A stretch of DNA of 64,000 nt, taken from assembly GCA_013265495.1 (NCBI GenBank), contig MU058257.1:1195262-1259261 (forward strand), given 5' to 3'. Positions within the stretch are counted from its first letter, which is position 1, and each line of letters begins with the position of its first letter. Position numbers and translations under genes: made by a program. Source of the stretch: Vicugna vicugna (taxonomy: Eukaryota). Under the pieces are notes generated by a model. The model ran no database searches and had not been told where the DNA came from. It saw nothing but the letters and a program-made list of their open reading frames with translations. Below, in pieces: positions 26,130-39,444 of the stretch.

Positions 26130-27200
26130 TCTTGGTTCTAGTTTTCTGCCGGCTCCCCTCTTCCATCCTAGACAGTTCATTTCCTGGATGCTCTTCCTCT
26201 CGCTCGCACCCACTGAGCAGGTCCAGCCCCCACACAGCTTTGCTCCCCCAACTCTCTCCCCCCCAGCCCCTGACGAGAGCCCTACCCTCTCGCTCTCATC
26301 GCTTCCGTGGCTGAACCTCATCTCCCGCAGCTGCTTCCCCAAGTCTCCGGCTCCCTCTGTCTCTTGTCTCTCTGTCTCTCTGTCTCTCTGTCTCTCTCTT
26401 CCTTCCTCGTCCCTCCCTCTTGATGTGGGACAGTGACTTCTGTGCCTCACCCCACAGTCCCACGCGTACCTGGGCGCTCTGCTCTATACCGTCATAAACT
26501 GACGTTAACATCTTAAACTCAAGATCACCCCACTGAACCCTGCCCTGACGCCCTCCCCACCTTCCAGTTCCCCCATTTCCCCAAACAGGGAGAGTGGGTT
26601 CGCTCCTCTTCTGGTCCCAGCATACGGTACAGCTCCCCAGCCAGGCTCCTTCCGTTCGGCCTCTTCAACAGGCTGTACATTTTGGCCTGAGGTCCAGCTC
26701 CACCCATGCTTTTTTAACTTAAAAGCTCCAGGGCCTCTCCGTTGCCTGATGCATCAAGTACACACTTCTTGGATGCTCCTCCAAAGCTCTCCATCACATT
26801 TTACAGCCTGCCTCTCCAGTTCACAGTCCCTCTACCTGCTCTCGCCAAGTCCCAAGCAAAGCAGGGGCCCTCCCTTCAATGGATTAAACCCGCATTTCTC
26901 ACCCGGCTGCTGTCCATCATGTGTGTTTCCTCCCAGGAAATCCCTCCATCCCGTGCGGCCCACCTCCAGTGCCATCCCCGCCAGTACCAACTCCGCTCCT
27001 AGAAGCCCCCAGCCCCAGATCCCTCTCAGCACTCTTACTGCACTTCTCTCATGACACTCACTGCTTTTCATCTTAATTACAATCAGTTGTGTCTCAGAGT
27101 TATCACCTCTCAACCTAAGATGCCTCTCATCCAAAACCACATCTGCTCACCCCGAGCTTTCGGTGGGCAGTAATTATCTGTCAGCCTGAATAAATGAGAT
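26130..27200 (+). mobile_element. L2 element (degenerate), containing a (TCTCTG)n tract at 26355-26400
   Basis: acatcttaaactcaagatcaccccactgaaccc ... aaagctccagggcctctcc ... tgtcagcctgaataaatga. Confidence 0.6.
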
Positions 27201-27266
27201 GCCATTGCACATGCGTAAGCATTTGCTAATAAGAGTTAATTTTTCCTTTTCTAGTGCCATCTAGAA

Positions 27267-27596
27267 CAGAGGTCCCAAATTGGCAGTTAGAAGCTAGATC
27301 TGGCCCACAGATGTGTTCTGTTGAATCCACAGTTATTTTTTTAATTGAGTCAACATTTTAAAATGGAATATTTTACAGAAAATGCCAGATTTTCAGCTTC
27401 TCTAAAAGGAGAGCTTTCTGGCAACACTGAGCCTAGAGTCACGTGTGATGGTAAACGCGGGAAGTGGGGACCGGCCTGCTCCCTCTGGGTGGAACATCTG
27501 CTCCTCAGTTCACCCCACTCCCCAGCGCCCTATACAGACTGCCTGGGTCACCCCCCCAATGCGAACCCTGTGGGCATCAGAGGTTGCAAGCTCTCC
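27267..27596. mobile_element. hAT-Charlie DNA transposon, MER102-like
   Basis: starts cagaggtcccaaattggc after target-like atctagaa; tggcccacagatgtgttctgttg; aacattttaaaatggaatattttacagaaaatgccagattttcagcttctct; ctggcaacactg. Confidence 0.7.
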
Positions 27597-28184
27597 CTGA
27601 AGTCCTTGCAAGAGCCTATGTTGACCCACGCACTAGTACCTGCGTCGGGTCATGGCTTCCCCTCCCCTCCCTCAGCCCCGCTCTTGCCTGCAGTGCCCTG
27701 GGGCCTCCACGTCATGTGCTGTGCTCCGCTCTCATCGCAGTGCACCTGCCTCTAATGCAAGTGGGATGATTAATGTGTGTTCAAATGTTAATGAATTAAT
27801 AATGTTAATATTTCCTGCATGGGTATAGTATGACAAATCTGTGTCAAGAACAATGTAGTGTGAACACACACCGACACACAGACACACACATGGACACATG
27901 TCATGGCAGACATCACCAACTGATCACAGTTCTCTTTCCAGCTAGGTCCTCAGAATTCATTTCAAGACAGCCCCTCAGGAAGCCACCACCGAGGGCCTGG
28001 AGCTGGCACTAGAGCAGGCGCCCTGCCTCCCTCACATGCATCACCTCTTTATTCACACAGCAGGAGGGAATGGTGGACAGCAGAGGTAGCATCGTTATCA
28101 TCTTGGAGATGGGAAAGTGGATTCCGAAAAAATCTGTCACTTGCTCAACATTAAGCAAGATAAAGTTACCTGAGATAAATGTAA

Positions 28185-28870
28185 AATCCCGCGGTCGGGG
28201 CCAGCACCCACTCCCCCGCGGGAAGGGAGAGGAGTGACTTGACAGCTCACCAGGAAGAGACGTCGAAGCTTTAGTTGATTTTAACTGAAAAGAAATGAAA
28301 ATATGATGTGGCTCCTGGAAAGTCAGTGCACACGTGGCCCTCAGCGATCGCGAGCGCGGCGCCCCCTCCTCTGCGGGCTTCCTAGGGCGCTGAGGGTGCG
28401 CTCCTGAACGCACCAGAGACAGACACGCCAGGGCCAGAGCGCAGCGTGAGAACAAGGGGGTACCTGGCTGGAGGAGAGAAGAGGCGGGGGTCACGGGCTC
28501 GGCACCAGGAGAGTGGAGCGGGACTCCAGAAAGGAAGACCTTTCAACGAGCGATGTCGCTCCCTGTGTGATCCATCCCGACAGAGGAAAGAAGGAGGAGG
28601 TTTAGGGGAGGTTCACACCCCGGGGAGGGAGTCTCACTCCACGCCTCTTGCGCTCCTTTCGTGGCTGGTAGCCTGTGCTTGCAGACAGCTGACACTGAGC
28701 TGGGAAGGGCGGGGGCCAACTGTGCAGGTGCCTGGCTGTCCACTTACCCGCTCCGCTAGTCCACCTGCATTTCAGCAGAGTCAGTGCCTTAGAGCGAAGG
28801 AGCATCTAATGTGGTGACTGAACACGGCCCCCGTGTGCCCCTCGCGGGCGGGGGTGATCACTCGGCCCCG
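28185..28870. promoter_or_regulatory. CpG-rich patch (candidate regulatory element)
   Basis: dense CpG, e.g. cagcgatcgcgagcgcggcgccccct (28342-28367) and cctcgcgggcgggg (about 28840). Confidence 0.3.
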
Positions 28871-29464
28871 TTCTGTTGCCCTCTTAACCCAGACGTGAGC
28901 TCAGTCCTGCCAGCCCAATGCTGTAAAGTGCCCAGGGAGGTTCGACTTCCAGAAGGATCACAAAGGAACAGGGCCAGCCTAGCTAATACGCTAATAATTG
29001 GTAAGCGCGGCAACCTTTGAGTGTTTTTGTCAATAAACAACCCAGCACTGGGGCTCTGCTGCACTCTGTGGTGCCGGGATTTGGAATCGGGGACTGGAGG
29101 CTGTGCTGGGGGTACGGGGAGGGGGATCAGGTAACAGGAAATATGAGACGGAGCCCACGGGCAGAGAAGCAGCCAAGGCCCTCCCCCAGATGGGTAACCC
29201 TGATCTGAAAAGAGCACAGCCAGAACGAAGCCACAGGGCAGTCTTCTGTCCGTTCGTCTGACTGTCTTTCCAGTTGGCTGTTGTGCTGAGCTATGATGGA
29301 CATACAACATGGCACAAGTTTAGGGCCTGCAGCCTATTTTGATACGCGTGTACGTTGCCGGGATCACCTCTCTGAGCAGCTTGCGGACGTGGGACAGTAT
29401 TCCTGTCCACGGTCTTTGTCACTGTAGACTATTACGAGGTGTTCATGCAGCATTAGAGAATTCT

Positions 29465-31065
29465 GAATTTGACTATATATTTACCTTTACTGGTGAGATT
29501 CGTACTCTCATATGTTTTCCTGTAATGAACTAGCATCCTTTTATTTCAACTTGGAAAAAATTGTTTAAATTTTCTTACAAGGTTGGTCTAGGGCTGATAA
29601 ACTCACCCCGCTTATCTGTCTGGAAGGTCCTTATTTTTCTTTCAGTTTTGAAGAACAGTTTTGCCGGGTGGAGTACTCTTGGCCGGCAGTTTCTGCCTTT
29701 CGGGACTTTGAATACATCATGCCACTTCCTTCTGGCCTGAGAAGCCTCTGCTGATCATCTTAGGGAGTTCCCTTGTACGCAGCAGTTGTTTTTCTCTTGC
29801 TGCTTTTAAGATTCTATTCATGTCTTTACCTTTTGGCCGTTCAATTATAATGTGTCTCATTTTGGGGCTATGGGTTCATCTTATTTTGAATTCTCTGGGC
29901 TTTGCAGATCTGGATGTCTCTTCCTTTCCCCAAGTCAGGGATGTTTTTAGCCATTATTTCTTCAAATAAGTTTTCTGATGCCTTCTCACTCTTCTCCTTC
30001 TGGGACCCGTATGATGCAAATACTGCTCCACGGATGGTGTCCCCTGAGTCCCTAACGCTATGTTCACTCTTTTTCATTCTTTTTTCTTCTTGCTGCTCTG
30101 ATTGGGTGAATTCCACTGCCCTGTCTTTGAGTTCACTGATTCGTTCTTCTGTTTGATCTAGTCCACTGTTGAACCCCGCTGTTGAATTCTCAGTTCAGTT
30201 ATTGAATTCTTCAGCTCTGTGATTTCTCTTTGATACTTTCTTATATTTCCACTCTTTGTTGAAAGCCTCGCTTTGTTCATGCATTGTTCCAACCTCAGTG
30301 ATCATCTTGATAACTGTTATTTTGAACTCTTTATCAGGTAAATTACCTGTCTGCATTTCATTAAGCCTAGAGTTTTCTATTATCCTTGTGTTCACAAGCT
30401 CCTTTCAGTGAGATATTGGCAACCTGGAGCCGGGCAGAGAGAAACAGGGAGACGGCTCCCACTGGCCTCCCTGGGGGATCTGGTGGCCCCTAGAAGTTTG
30501 CTAAAATAAGACCCTGACCCTCAGGCTGCAGCTTTTAAGCTACGCAAATAGGCCTTTCTCAGGGAGAGGCTGGGAGGTGGCGGTTTCTCTCTGCTCCCTC
30601 TGCACTGACTCCTGAAAGGACAGCGTGGCATGGCCTTGCAAGCCTGTCAAGAACCATCTCTTTGTTTGCTGTAGTCTTGGGGGACGGGGAGGGTCTCTGG
30701 AACACAAGCTCCATTGGCTTTCAGAGCTAAGTGTGTTGGAGGCCCATCCTTCAGGCAGAGGTCTTAAAGATGGTGAAACTGGATTTGGGTCCGAGCCCTT
30801 CACTCCTCGGGGAGAAGCTGGGGGTTGTGAGTTTACTCCTGACTCTGTGTTGCCGAGCCAGGAAAGGGGTAGTGGGTGGTGAGAGCATGTCTTGGCCTTT
30901 CCTCCCCATTTAGATGTGGGCTTTATTGTTCATTTCCCTCAGCAGCTTCCGGATCTCCTAAGAGGAAACTGTTCCGTGTGCAGCTGCAGAGTCCGTGTGC
31001 ATGGAAGGAGGGGAGATCAGGACTTCCTGTGCCGCCGTCTTGGACCAGAACCCACGGCTATATTT
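29465..31065 (-). mobile_element. L1 5' portion (5' UTR and disrupted ORF1)
   Basis: ORF 29868-30116(-) ...ENLFEEIMAKNIPDLGKGRDIQICKAQRIQNKMNP and ORF 30195-30395(-) NLPDKEFKITVIKMI are L1 ORF1p motifs; 30400-31065 is a GC-rich L1 5' UTR-like segment. Confidence 0.9.
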
Positions 31066-31934
31066 TGGACACCGTGGTCCTAAAGTCACTTTGATATCAC
31101 AGAGAAAGAAAATTATTCTCTTAAAATCACGTCATTTGAGTTGCCCCTGGCTGTCCTCCTCTGACCTTGCGTTGCCCGGTCCTTCCTCACAGCCAAGGCA
31201 CACGATGGGATGTAAATGATGACCCGGGGCCCTGGGAGGCTCCCAGGGCCTTCAGAATGGACTGGTGTTAGGCTGCCACCCGCAGCCTGGCGTGATACTC
31301 CATGAAATAATGGGACGGGCCCCTCAGGAAGGCCCCACAGCAAAAGATACTCCACAAAGACAAGGCAGCTGTAGTCCAAAGGGAACGCAGCCTGGACACG
31401 AGGGAGGAGGGCTCAGTGCAGCAAGGCGTAGTCACCAGGGAAGAAAACACTGGGAGTCACAGCCTTTCTGTGAGCATGGGTGGGTAAGGGGCTGGTCACG
31501 GGCGTAGAGTTTTCGGAGGGCACAGTGCGACCGGGGGCCCGGGCAGCAGACAGCTCTGACAGTCTTTCCAAGGCACCAGCGCCCAGAGGAGGCTGAGACG
31601 ACCTGCGTGTGGAGGAGGAGCTCTGAGCCGGCCGGGAGCTTCAGGGGGCTTCCCATGGGGTCTGGAATTATTGCAGCCCAAAGTTTAAAGGGGGCAGTGA
31701 GAGAACACGCCTGCCAAGCAAGGAGAAAATGTGACAGCTCAAGGGCACTTCTATCCCATCACAATGGGAGCCATCTCTCCGATTCAGGGACCTTCCCTGC
31801 AGATATGCAGTCACACCATGTGTTGCCTGGGATCTCCAGAAGCAAGTTGGGAGAACGGCTGTTACCTTCTACCTTTTCAGAGCCGAGAAGTAGGAAGCAC
31901 GTTATGTACATGTTCTCGGGGACCCCCAGGTATG

Positions 31935-31980
31935 CAGCATGTGTGCACGTGCATACACACACACACACACACACACACAT
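31935..31980. repeat. (CA)n microsatellite with alternating purine-pyrimidine flank
   Basis: gcatgtgtgcacgtgcatacacacacacacacacacacacacat. Confidence 0.95.
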
Positions 31981-33219
31981 ATTTTACTTCCTCGCTTCCT
32001 GAGCCAAGATACAGCTCATCTACTTAGCTTGACAAGAACACAAATGGGGGAAAATAGAAACAGAATATTCCTGTGCGTCACGATCTGGCAACACTAGCCT
32101 TACCGCCATCTAACTCCCTGGTGGAGTAGAAGCCTCACCTTCTGCTGGGTTTTCAAACGTGGTAAGAACCAAGCACACCTTCCCAGAGAGCAAAGCTTCT
32201 CTGCCTCCTATGGGGCCGTGTCATACGAAGCACCGTGCACAGGTGGCCGCCTATTAAATGCCTTTGAATGATCCTGGGGAGGGACCAAGGCTGATGCGAT
32301 CAGTGTGGAGGTAGCAGGCTTCTCTGGACCGTGTGCTGGGATGTGCTGAGCTCCCTTGGCTCTCTCGGCTAGCTCCATGGGGGAGAGGGAGTTAATGGCA
32401 TCTAGCCTTGCTTTTAAATACTGAACCAAGCAGCTTTGGTCAACAGCAAACGAAAAGTAAAATAGAAAAGAAAAAAAAATTTGCTCATAAAAAATTCTAA
32501 AAATAGTGATTAATGGATATACTTAACAGAGTGTTGCTTACATCCATCTCTGTCAGAAGTTGTCTTGATCGCTTTTGGAGACCTTTATCTGTGTTAATTT
32601 TGAAAGAGATTATCATGAGAAGTATGCGTTGAGACGTCATCTTTCATCTCTTAGGGCTGGGTGGTAGGCTCTCCAGGGGTGCAGCCTGGAGCTTAGTGAC
32701 AGTGCCACCTCTCTGCCACCACAGTGTGGGGGGCCTGGAAACACTGCCTGCTCCCCTCTGAACAGAAAACCACGGTTTCTTCCAGTGCCACGTTCATGGG
32801 CAGGATCAATGTCTATTTCTAAGAATCAGGCTCAGGTAATAACTCAGTATTAAATGCTTGACTGAATGAGGTTCTTCTAATCCCCTGCACTATATAATCT
32901 AACTCCTCTTTGTAGGAAAACAGAGGCAGAAAAAAAGCACAGGGCCCCCCAAAAAAGGACATGAGGTCTGCCGTTAATGATGTGGCCAGATTAGCTCGGC
33001 GTGGGCCTGGGGCTCTGTCCCTCTAACGATGCTCTGTCGTCATTTGGGGAAACAGCTAGGAGGTGAAGCTGGAAATCATGATCTTCTTTCTGAATGTCTG
33101 CTAAAGTGATGGAGGTTTGGGTACACCACAATTCAACCTCTCTGATACAAGTAATCTTATTGAATAAAATGTTCAGCTGAGAGCCACTGAACCACTTACA
33201 GCCTGTGAGGAAGTTCCAG

Positions 33220-33688
33220 TGAGGCGGGAAGCCCCATAAAAAGACCGGCAGGGCCCCCAGGCAGGGCCGCTACTGCCTCCCAGCACCACCCGGTTCCCTG
33301 GCCCAGAGGCTCTATCCCACTTTTTGCCTCTGAAGTGGCTTACTTCTAGGAAAGTGAAACTGACCCCTATAATTCTGTTGGTTCCCTGAGCTCATTCTGA
33401 TTGGTTATTTCCTTCATTCCTGATTGGTCCATTTCTACAAAGCTTGTTCTTGATTAGTCAACTTTTGTCGTACCTTATTTGCATATGATGTTGGAAAGTG
33501 TAAACTGGCAGCCTGTAAAAGCCTGTGTAAACCTACAGACGGGTCTACTGCTTGAAATGTTAACTCCTCTGGGCCCGCTGGCATATAAAACCTGAGTTTT
33601 CCAACTCTCCGAGTGCTGCTTTGCCCAGATCCAGGTTTTTATCACAACTGAGCTGTAACACTGAGCTGTGACACTTTCTTCTGCAACA
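33220..33688 (+). mobile_element. Solo ERV1-type LTR, copy 1
   Basis: TG...CA termini (tgaggcgggaagcccc ... ctgcaaca), perfect 4-bp TSD CCAG (33216-33219 / 33689-33692), repeated tgattgg boxes, tandem actgagctgtaacactgagctgtgacac; homologous to 46223-46725. Confidence 0.92.
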
Positions 33689-35181
33689 CCAGGAAACAAG
33701 ATACAGTTTTCAAAGAAGAACTCAAAAGGAAAGGAGAGTCAGGTGTGTCTGACACCTTCTCAACACTTGGCATTAGTGTCCCTCTGCTCTTCCTGGGCGC
33801 TGTGGCTCATGGGATGTCCAGGAGGCCTGACCACACTCTCTAGTGGTCACCGCACTGATGGCCATGTCGCTCAATCCAGATCCCTGGGCCACAGCCTTAG
33901 GCTGGGTTTATGGAGACACAGGACACAGACCCTTTCCCTGAATGGGACATGTAGGAGACGGTGGCATTTTCCATCCAAACAGCAAGTGGCTATTTTGGTT
34001 TAATGGACATCTTGATTTAGTTTGGACAAATTGCTTCTCTTTTCACTATTGGGTTGCAGACTGGGGCCTGCTCTGACACCCTGTGACCAGTTTCCCCTGA
34101 TGGAGAGGCACGGGTGTGTTGCTCACACACTCAAAGGGCCCTATGACCCCTGTAACAGGAGCGGGGTTTTGGGGGACTTTCCCTATGAAACAGCCGCTCA
34201 GAGGAGTGGAGTAGCCCACTGGGTGCCCCGCGACAAGAAAGTGGCTGAACTAGAATTCCAACTCGGGTCTGGTGGCTGCAAATCTCGCTCTGCACGTGAC
34301 CCTCCTCCCTCTCCCTGACTGGCTCCAACTCGCTCTCTCTGAGCCAGGAAGGGCTGAGTAAGAACCCTCAAAGGAGAAAGGAGAGCCAGACAGCAAGGTG
34401 TCCTGAGACCGCTCGGAAATTCAAGTCCAGGCAAGACGTCCAGAGTCCACGCAAAGACGGTGGGCGATGGCCCAGGTGGAGAACCAGGCCGCGCGCCGCA
34501 GCTCACATCCTACGAGGGAGCAGGGCAGGACTGGCGGGGAACCGGGCACGCAGCGCACAGGGCACAGAGCCAGAGGCTGCTGGCCTTGGCTCTGCTGGTC
34601 CTCGGCGGGTCTGGCCTGAAGCCCTGCAGGTGAGGAAGATGGGGAACATCTGACGGCCAGTGCACCTGGGAGCAGGGGGCAGACCCTCTTCTCTGGCAGA
34701 GGCGTTCCCCTGACAGGTGGCAGGAGGGGAGCCTGTTCCTAGTCAAGCCGAGTTGGATGCGGAAGCTAGGATGAAAAGCGACTGCGATGCCATCCCTCCA
34801 AAGCCCCCGCGGGCAGCGGGAGCGGCGGCCGGCTGGACCTGGTGGGGGACGGGAAGCCTTCCCAGCAGAGGACCAGCGGAGTCCAGACCCAAGGAGACCC
34901 TAAACCATGGTGACCGGCGTGGTCACGGTAACAGCAACACTCATGGAGAACGCGTCATGGCCGAACACCCGACACGGCTCCCTGTGTATCACTCGGCCAT
35001 CCTGGGGCCCCCATTTCCCCGGCGAGGACCTGGGATCCCCAGGGCTGAGGGAGTTGCCCACATCAAGAAGCACATGCTCCTTGTGAAGAACGTCCACGGT
35101 CCAGGCAGAGTCAGACCCCAGGGTCTGCACCCTCCCCCAGGGGTGCCCCAGCCTGGGGCAGGATGGGGTCCCCAGGGAAGG

Positions 35182-35287
35182 GACACACACAGACACACAG
35201 ACCCACACACAGGCACACTAACACAGACACACACAGACATACTCATATAGACACATTAACACACACACACACACTAACACACACACA
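35182..35287. repeat. Imperfect (CA)-rich simple repeat
   Basis: acacacagacacacagacccacacacaggcacactaacacagac... Confidence 0.9.
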
Positions 35288-36776
35288 GGCTTCCTGTATC
35301 AAACTTGGCCGGTCTCAAAGACATTCCCAAACCTTTTTATTTTTAAAATGACCACATGCATCCCTTTTCCTCCCAGAAGACACATCTTAAAATACATTTA
35401 AACAGGGGCACAATATTTGTCTTTTCACATCCCTCTTAAGAGCAATTTGCTTATTAATCTTTTCCCCAAATTTAACTTTTTTCAAAATGGAAATCATTTT
35501 TTTTTCACTTCAAAAGAATTTTTGGGAAGTTTAGACCATATTATTGAAACTTCCTAGATCCAGTTTCCTCCACCCAACGTTTCTTCATTATTCTGGCTGA
35601 ATTCTATAGATAGCTAAGAAGCTTGGGTCAAATCCACGGACCTGCTCCCAGCCGGCACATTTAACACCTCCCTTTAGACCAGGAGCTGTGGGATCGACAC
35701 GCCAAAACGCAGGCAGCCTCTGCACAAGAGCAGGTTTAAAGACATTTGCCCGTGCTGTTAGCTGAGACGTGTGTTTAGCGCTTCGGGTTTATGGGCAGGG
35801 CAAGAATTAGAGCAGTTCCCGTGACAAACACAAGCGTATTTCACTAGTTCATCTGAAGGCGCTGGTTTGAATTCTAAACACTCCGTGTCTTTTGAAAATC
35901 GGTTTCGTGGAAGCTGGTTTAGGGGCAGGTCCACATGAACAGCGGGTCGTTCTTATTTGTGATTTTACTACCAATGCCAACAAGACCCTTCAAAGAAGCT
36001 CCCGGGGACTGTCGTGCCTCAAAGGGGTTCGTTTCCTCGGGCGCCCTATCCTTGTTCCCAAGTGGGCTCTTCCTGATGAGCACAGAAGCTGAAAACAACA
36101 CCGGAAAAGCATCCTGGAGAAGGGTGCCCGACGTTCTAATGGGTTGCAGATGGGCTGGGACCCTTCCCGCCATGTTTATTGTCTGCTAGCTTCCTTCCCT
36201 CTGTCTGCAGTTTTATGACTTTTTTCCTCGTTAGTCTCCTGGACGGCTTGAATCAATCCACCGAATCCTTCCACTCTGGGGAAGAGGAGGGGGCTCGGCG
36301 GCAGGGGGACGGGCCAGCAGCCCTTGGCCGTGAAGCTACTGGCAGATGGTCAGAGAGGGTCCTCGGTCTTTGGATTGTGTCCCTGTGAGTCAGGTCCAGC
36401 AAGGAGGTTGGGAAGTGTGCATTTCTATAAAGATATTAAACCTACTTTAACACACACACACAATTTCCTCCCCACAGTTAGAATAACGTCCTTGGAGACC
36501 AAGAAAGCTTATCCAAGCCAGCTTCATTAGGGCTGACTCTCAATCAGTGACGCTCCGGCTGCCAGAGGATTATTCTGTGAGGAAAGTAAGCACATTGATG
36601 CCTCTTCCCGTTAGTGCTCACTGGATCACGAGACGAGGAGGATTATAGCCTGACACTGGTGTATCCTTGCTGAACTTGCGATGTGACGCCTCAAAACCCA
36701 ACCACCACCGACCAGGTCACCTATCACCGACAGGGAAATAAAATTCAACAGAGCCAAACAGCAGAAGACAAGATGC

Positions 36777-36908
36777 GGGGTGGGTGTAGCCCAGTGGCAG
36801 AGCTGCACGTGCCCGAGGTCCCGGGTTCAATCCCCAGTTCCCCCATGATAATAAATAAAAACAAATTACTGCCCCCCTCAAAAAACAAAAAACCAGGAAA
36901 AAAAAAAA
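36777..36908 (+). mobile_element. tRNA-derived SINE (Vic-1-like, internally deleted)
   Basis: ggggtgggtgtagcccagtggcagagctgcacgtgcccgaggtcccgggttcaatccccagttcccccat plus aataaataaa and A-rich tail; flanks share aagatg. Confidence 0.85.
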
Positions 36909-38029
36909 GATGGAACATGGGATATACACTGGATGGGGAATCAGAGGCTTGACTTCAGTCCTCCACAGCTCCCTGGGTCTGCACCAGGCACCTGCCCCGT
37001 GTTTGCTCAGCCTCCTCCCCTGCTTCTTCTGGGAGCTGTTCTCCCCACGCCACCCGGTGCCACCGCTGCTGCTGGGGATGTGGGTCGGAGTGCTCGCTGC
37101 ACGTGACCCAGCTGTCCTGACTTTGAATTTCTGACTTTGAACTAAGAGAAGACGGCCCCTGTGCCTTGTGGGAGAATCTGGCAGCCACCAGTGATCATGT
37201 TTGCCACCAATTAGAAGCAGTATGTCTGTGGAAGGAGAAGAGGATGCGGACACATGTGGAGCTGCAGAGACGGGGGTCAGAGCACCCGGGACATCAGAGA
37301 CCGCCTGCTCCAATTCCGTCACTCCGAGGCCGAGATCCGACTGTGCCCTCCCAGAGCGTGGGTCTGCGGGCCGCTCCATCCTGCTCGCCCCTGGGCTTGC
37401 GTGCTGTGGGTTCTCTCCCGTAAAAGCAGAAAGGCCTGGTGACAAGAATGCTAGGAATTCATCTCTCTGGGCCTCCATGTTGTCAAAAAAACTTCAAAAG
37501 CACTGTATTGCTGGGAGGGGGGTGTTTCTCTGCTGTCAAAGGGCCCTGAAATAACACTTTCTTACTCACGGGTAAAACTTCAAAGCTGGTTTGACGCTCT
37601 GCCTTGTGAATTTGTCAGGGGCTCAAGCTCCTTCTCCCCCGAGGGTACCCAGGCGCCCACCAAGGAAATGACTGCTCGGCCAGGGCGGGGGTTCGAAGCT
37701 CCTTCCACCTGGTGGGGTCTGGTCACTGATACAGACCAACGACCACTGTGTGTTTCCCGCTCTTCCTTCTCCGAATGGGAGCGCTTCCTGCTGACTGTCA
37801 CTCAGCTCGCCCGTCAGATGTTGCGTGTTGAGTGTGAAGAGCGATGACTCCTTTCACTGTGTGGAGGAGCCTCCGTGGACGTGGCAGTGTGGCAGGAATC
37901 ACCCAGAGATCCCCGACGTGGGGACAGTGACTGTGGGACTTCAGGGTGGTCTCTTGGGGAAGGGCTGGGTGTGGTCTGTGAGCAGAGAAGGCATGTGGTT
38001 GTTTGATTGGCCAGAAAGGGGACTCTGAC

Positions 38030-38590
38030 AAAGACTGCCGATGATCCCCCCAAATCTCCCTGTTAATAGAATGCCCAGGTTTTAGCTGGGTGGACCAGTG
38101 TATAATAAAGGATACATATCCCAGCCTCCTGCAGCTAGGCGCGGTCACACGACCAAGCTCCGGTTAATGGGACATCACGGAGGTGACGTGTTCACCTACG
38201 GGTCACGACCTCCCCGCCCTCCTCCTCCCTCCTGACCATCATGAGTGATGCAGATGAGACCAAAACCTGAGGTATGGCACCCAGGTCCCCAACACAGTGA
38301 AGCCCCCATGTCAGCTGGGACCATGACACAGGAGAGAGAAGATGTCTGACTCCTTAAGCCTAGACATTGGTGTATATTGGTGGACATTGGTGGACATTGG
38401 TGGACACTGGTGGACATTGGTGTATATTCGTGGACACTGGTGTATATTGGTGGACATTGGTCCTGATAGGGCAGCTGGGCATTATTTCTACTCTCACAAG
38501 CACTGCCAAGTACACATCCAAGTAGCTACTCATCTCAGAACTAGGAAACTCAGTTTCCTGTGCGAATGTGAACCTCTAATATATGCTGGA
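38030..38590 (+). mobile_element. MLT1-like LTR (degenerate)
   Basis: atacatatcccagcctcctgcagctaggcgcggtcacacgaccaagctccggttaatgggacatcacggaggtgacgtg matches an MLT1I/J block. Confidence 0.6.
38361..38460. repeat. 10-bp minisatellite, 10 units (consensus TGGACATTGG)
   Basis: tagacattgg tgtatattgg tggacattgg tggacattgg tggacactgg tggacattgg tgtatattcg tggacactgg tgtatattgg tggacattgg. Confidence 0.97.
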
Positions 38591-39334
38591 GACAAAAGTT
38601 TAAGGCAATTAAGAGAGGTGACCCTGCCTTTGTCTGGCCTTCCTTCCCCACTCCTTCCCCAGGTCCTGGGGGCAACCATGTGCCTGCCTTCCTCCCAGAA
38701 GCCCGCCTCTGCCCTCGTCCCCCTCAGTCTTGCCAGGCGATGGAAGGCCTGGCTCGGTCTCACTGGGGCTGGCAGAACTCAAGAGGCGCTGCCTCCCACG
38801 GAGCTGGTGTTATGCAGGACACAGGCATGGCTGCAGGGACACAGCAAATGTCAGGACCTATGGCCACAGGGCAGAGCCTGGGGCAGGGCTAGGAGCGGCA
38901 CTGACCCTCTGCCCCAACACCCCCACCTGCCCCCAGATGCTCACTGTCCGGCAGCTGAAGGGCTAGCGTCCGACTCACCTGGTTAGCAAGGCTCACCAGG
39001 ACCTTGCTTCAAGACTAAGTCTGGTGTCCATTCGGACTTATCGGGCCCCAAGTATGTGAACAATTAAATTCTCGGAATCAGCCTTGCCAGTAGGTGCCAG
39101 GCTGTGCTTTTCCATCTGCCTGCCTGTTCAGGCCATTCAAATGCATTTTCACCACTCCCCTCCTATCATTCCTTATTATTCCCACTGGACTGGAGCCTGT
39201 GTCCTGATACACTGCCGTGTTCTTGCAAATTCCCTTCCTCATTGGCAATAGTTGGGTCCTGCCATGAATGGAAAAGACTCAATGTCATTTCCCTGCCCTC
39301 TTGACTCCGATGGCCACACACAGCCCATCCTACA

Positions 39335-39408
39335 ACAGATAGATGGGTGGGTAGGTGAATGGATGGACAGAAAAGACAAGACAAGATAGATTAGACAGAT
39401 AGACAGAT
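39335..39408. repeat. Mixed (TAGA/TGGA/CAGA)n simple repeat
   Basis: cagatagatgggtgggtaggtgaatggatggacag...agatagattagacagatagacagat. Confidence 0.7.
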
Positions 39409-39444
39409 GTCATGCATCACTGACATCTACCTAACTACACACTC

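Noticed and set aside
29868..30395. ORFs as host genes
   Set aside because: They are frameshifted L1 ORF1 remnants
36717..37478. 253-aa ORF (-)
   Set aside because: C-terminal part runs through an antisense SINE and its poly(T); no recognisable protein
38361..38460. CRISPR-like array (also considered 51362-51436)
   Set aside because: Contiguous tandem units with no unique spacers, no cas genes, and a mammalian context
38342..38986. 214-aa ORF with (WWTLVDIGGH) repeats
   Set aside because: The repeats are only the translation of the 10-bp minisatellite inside an MLT1 LTR
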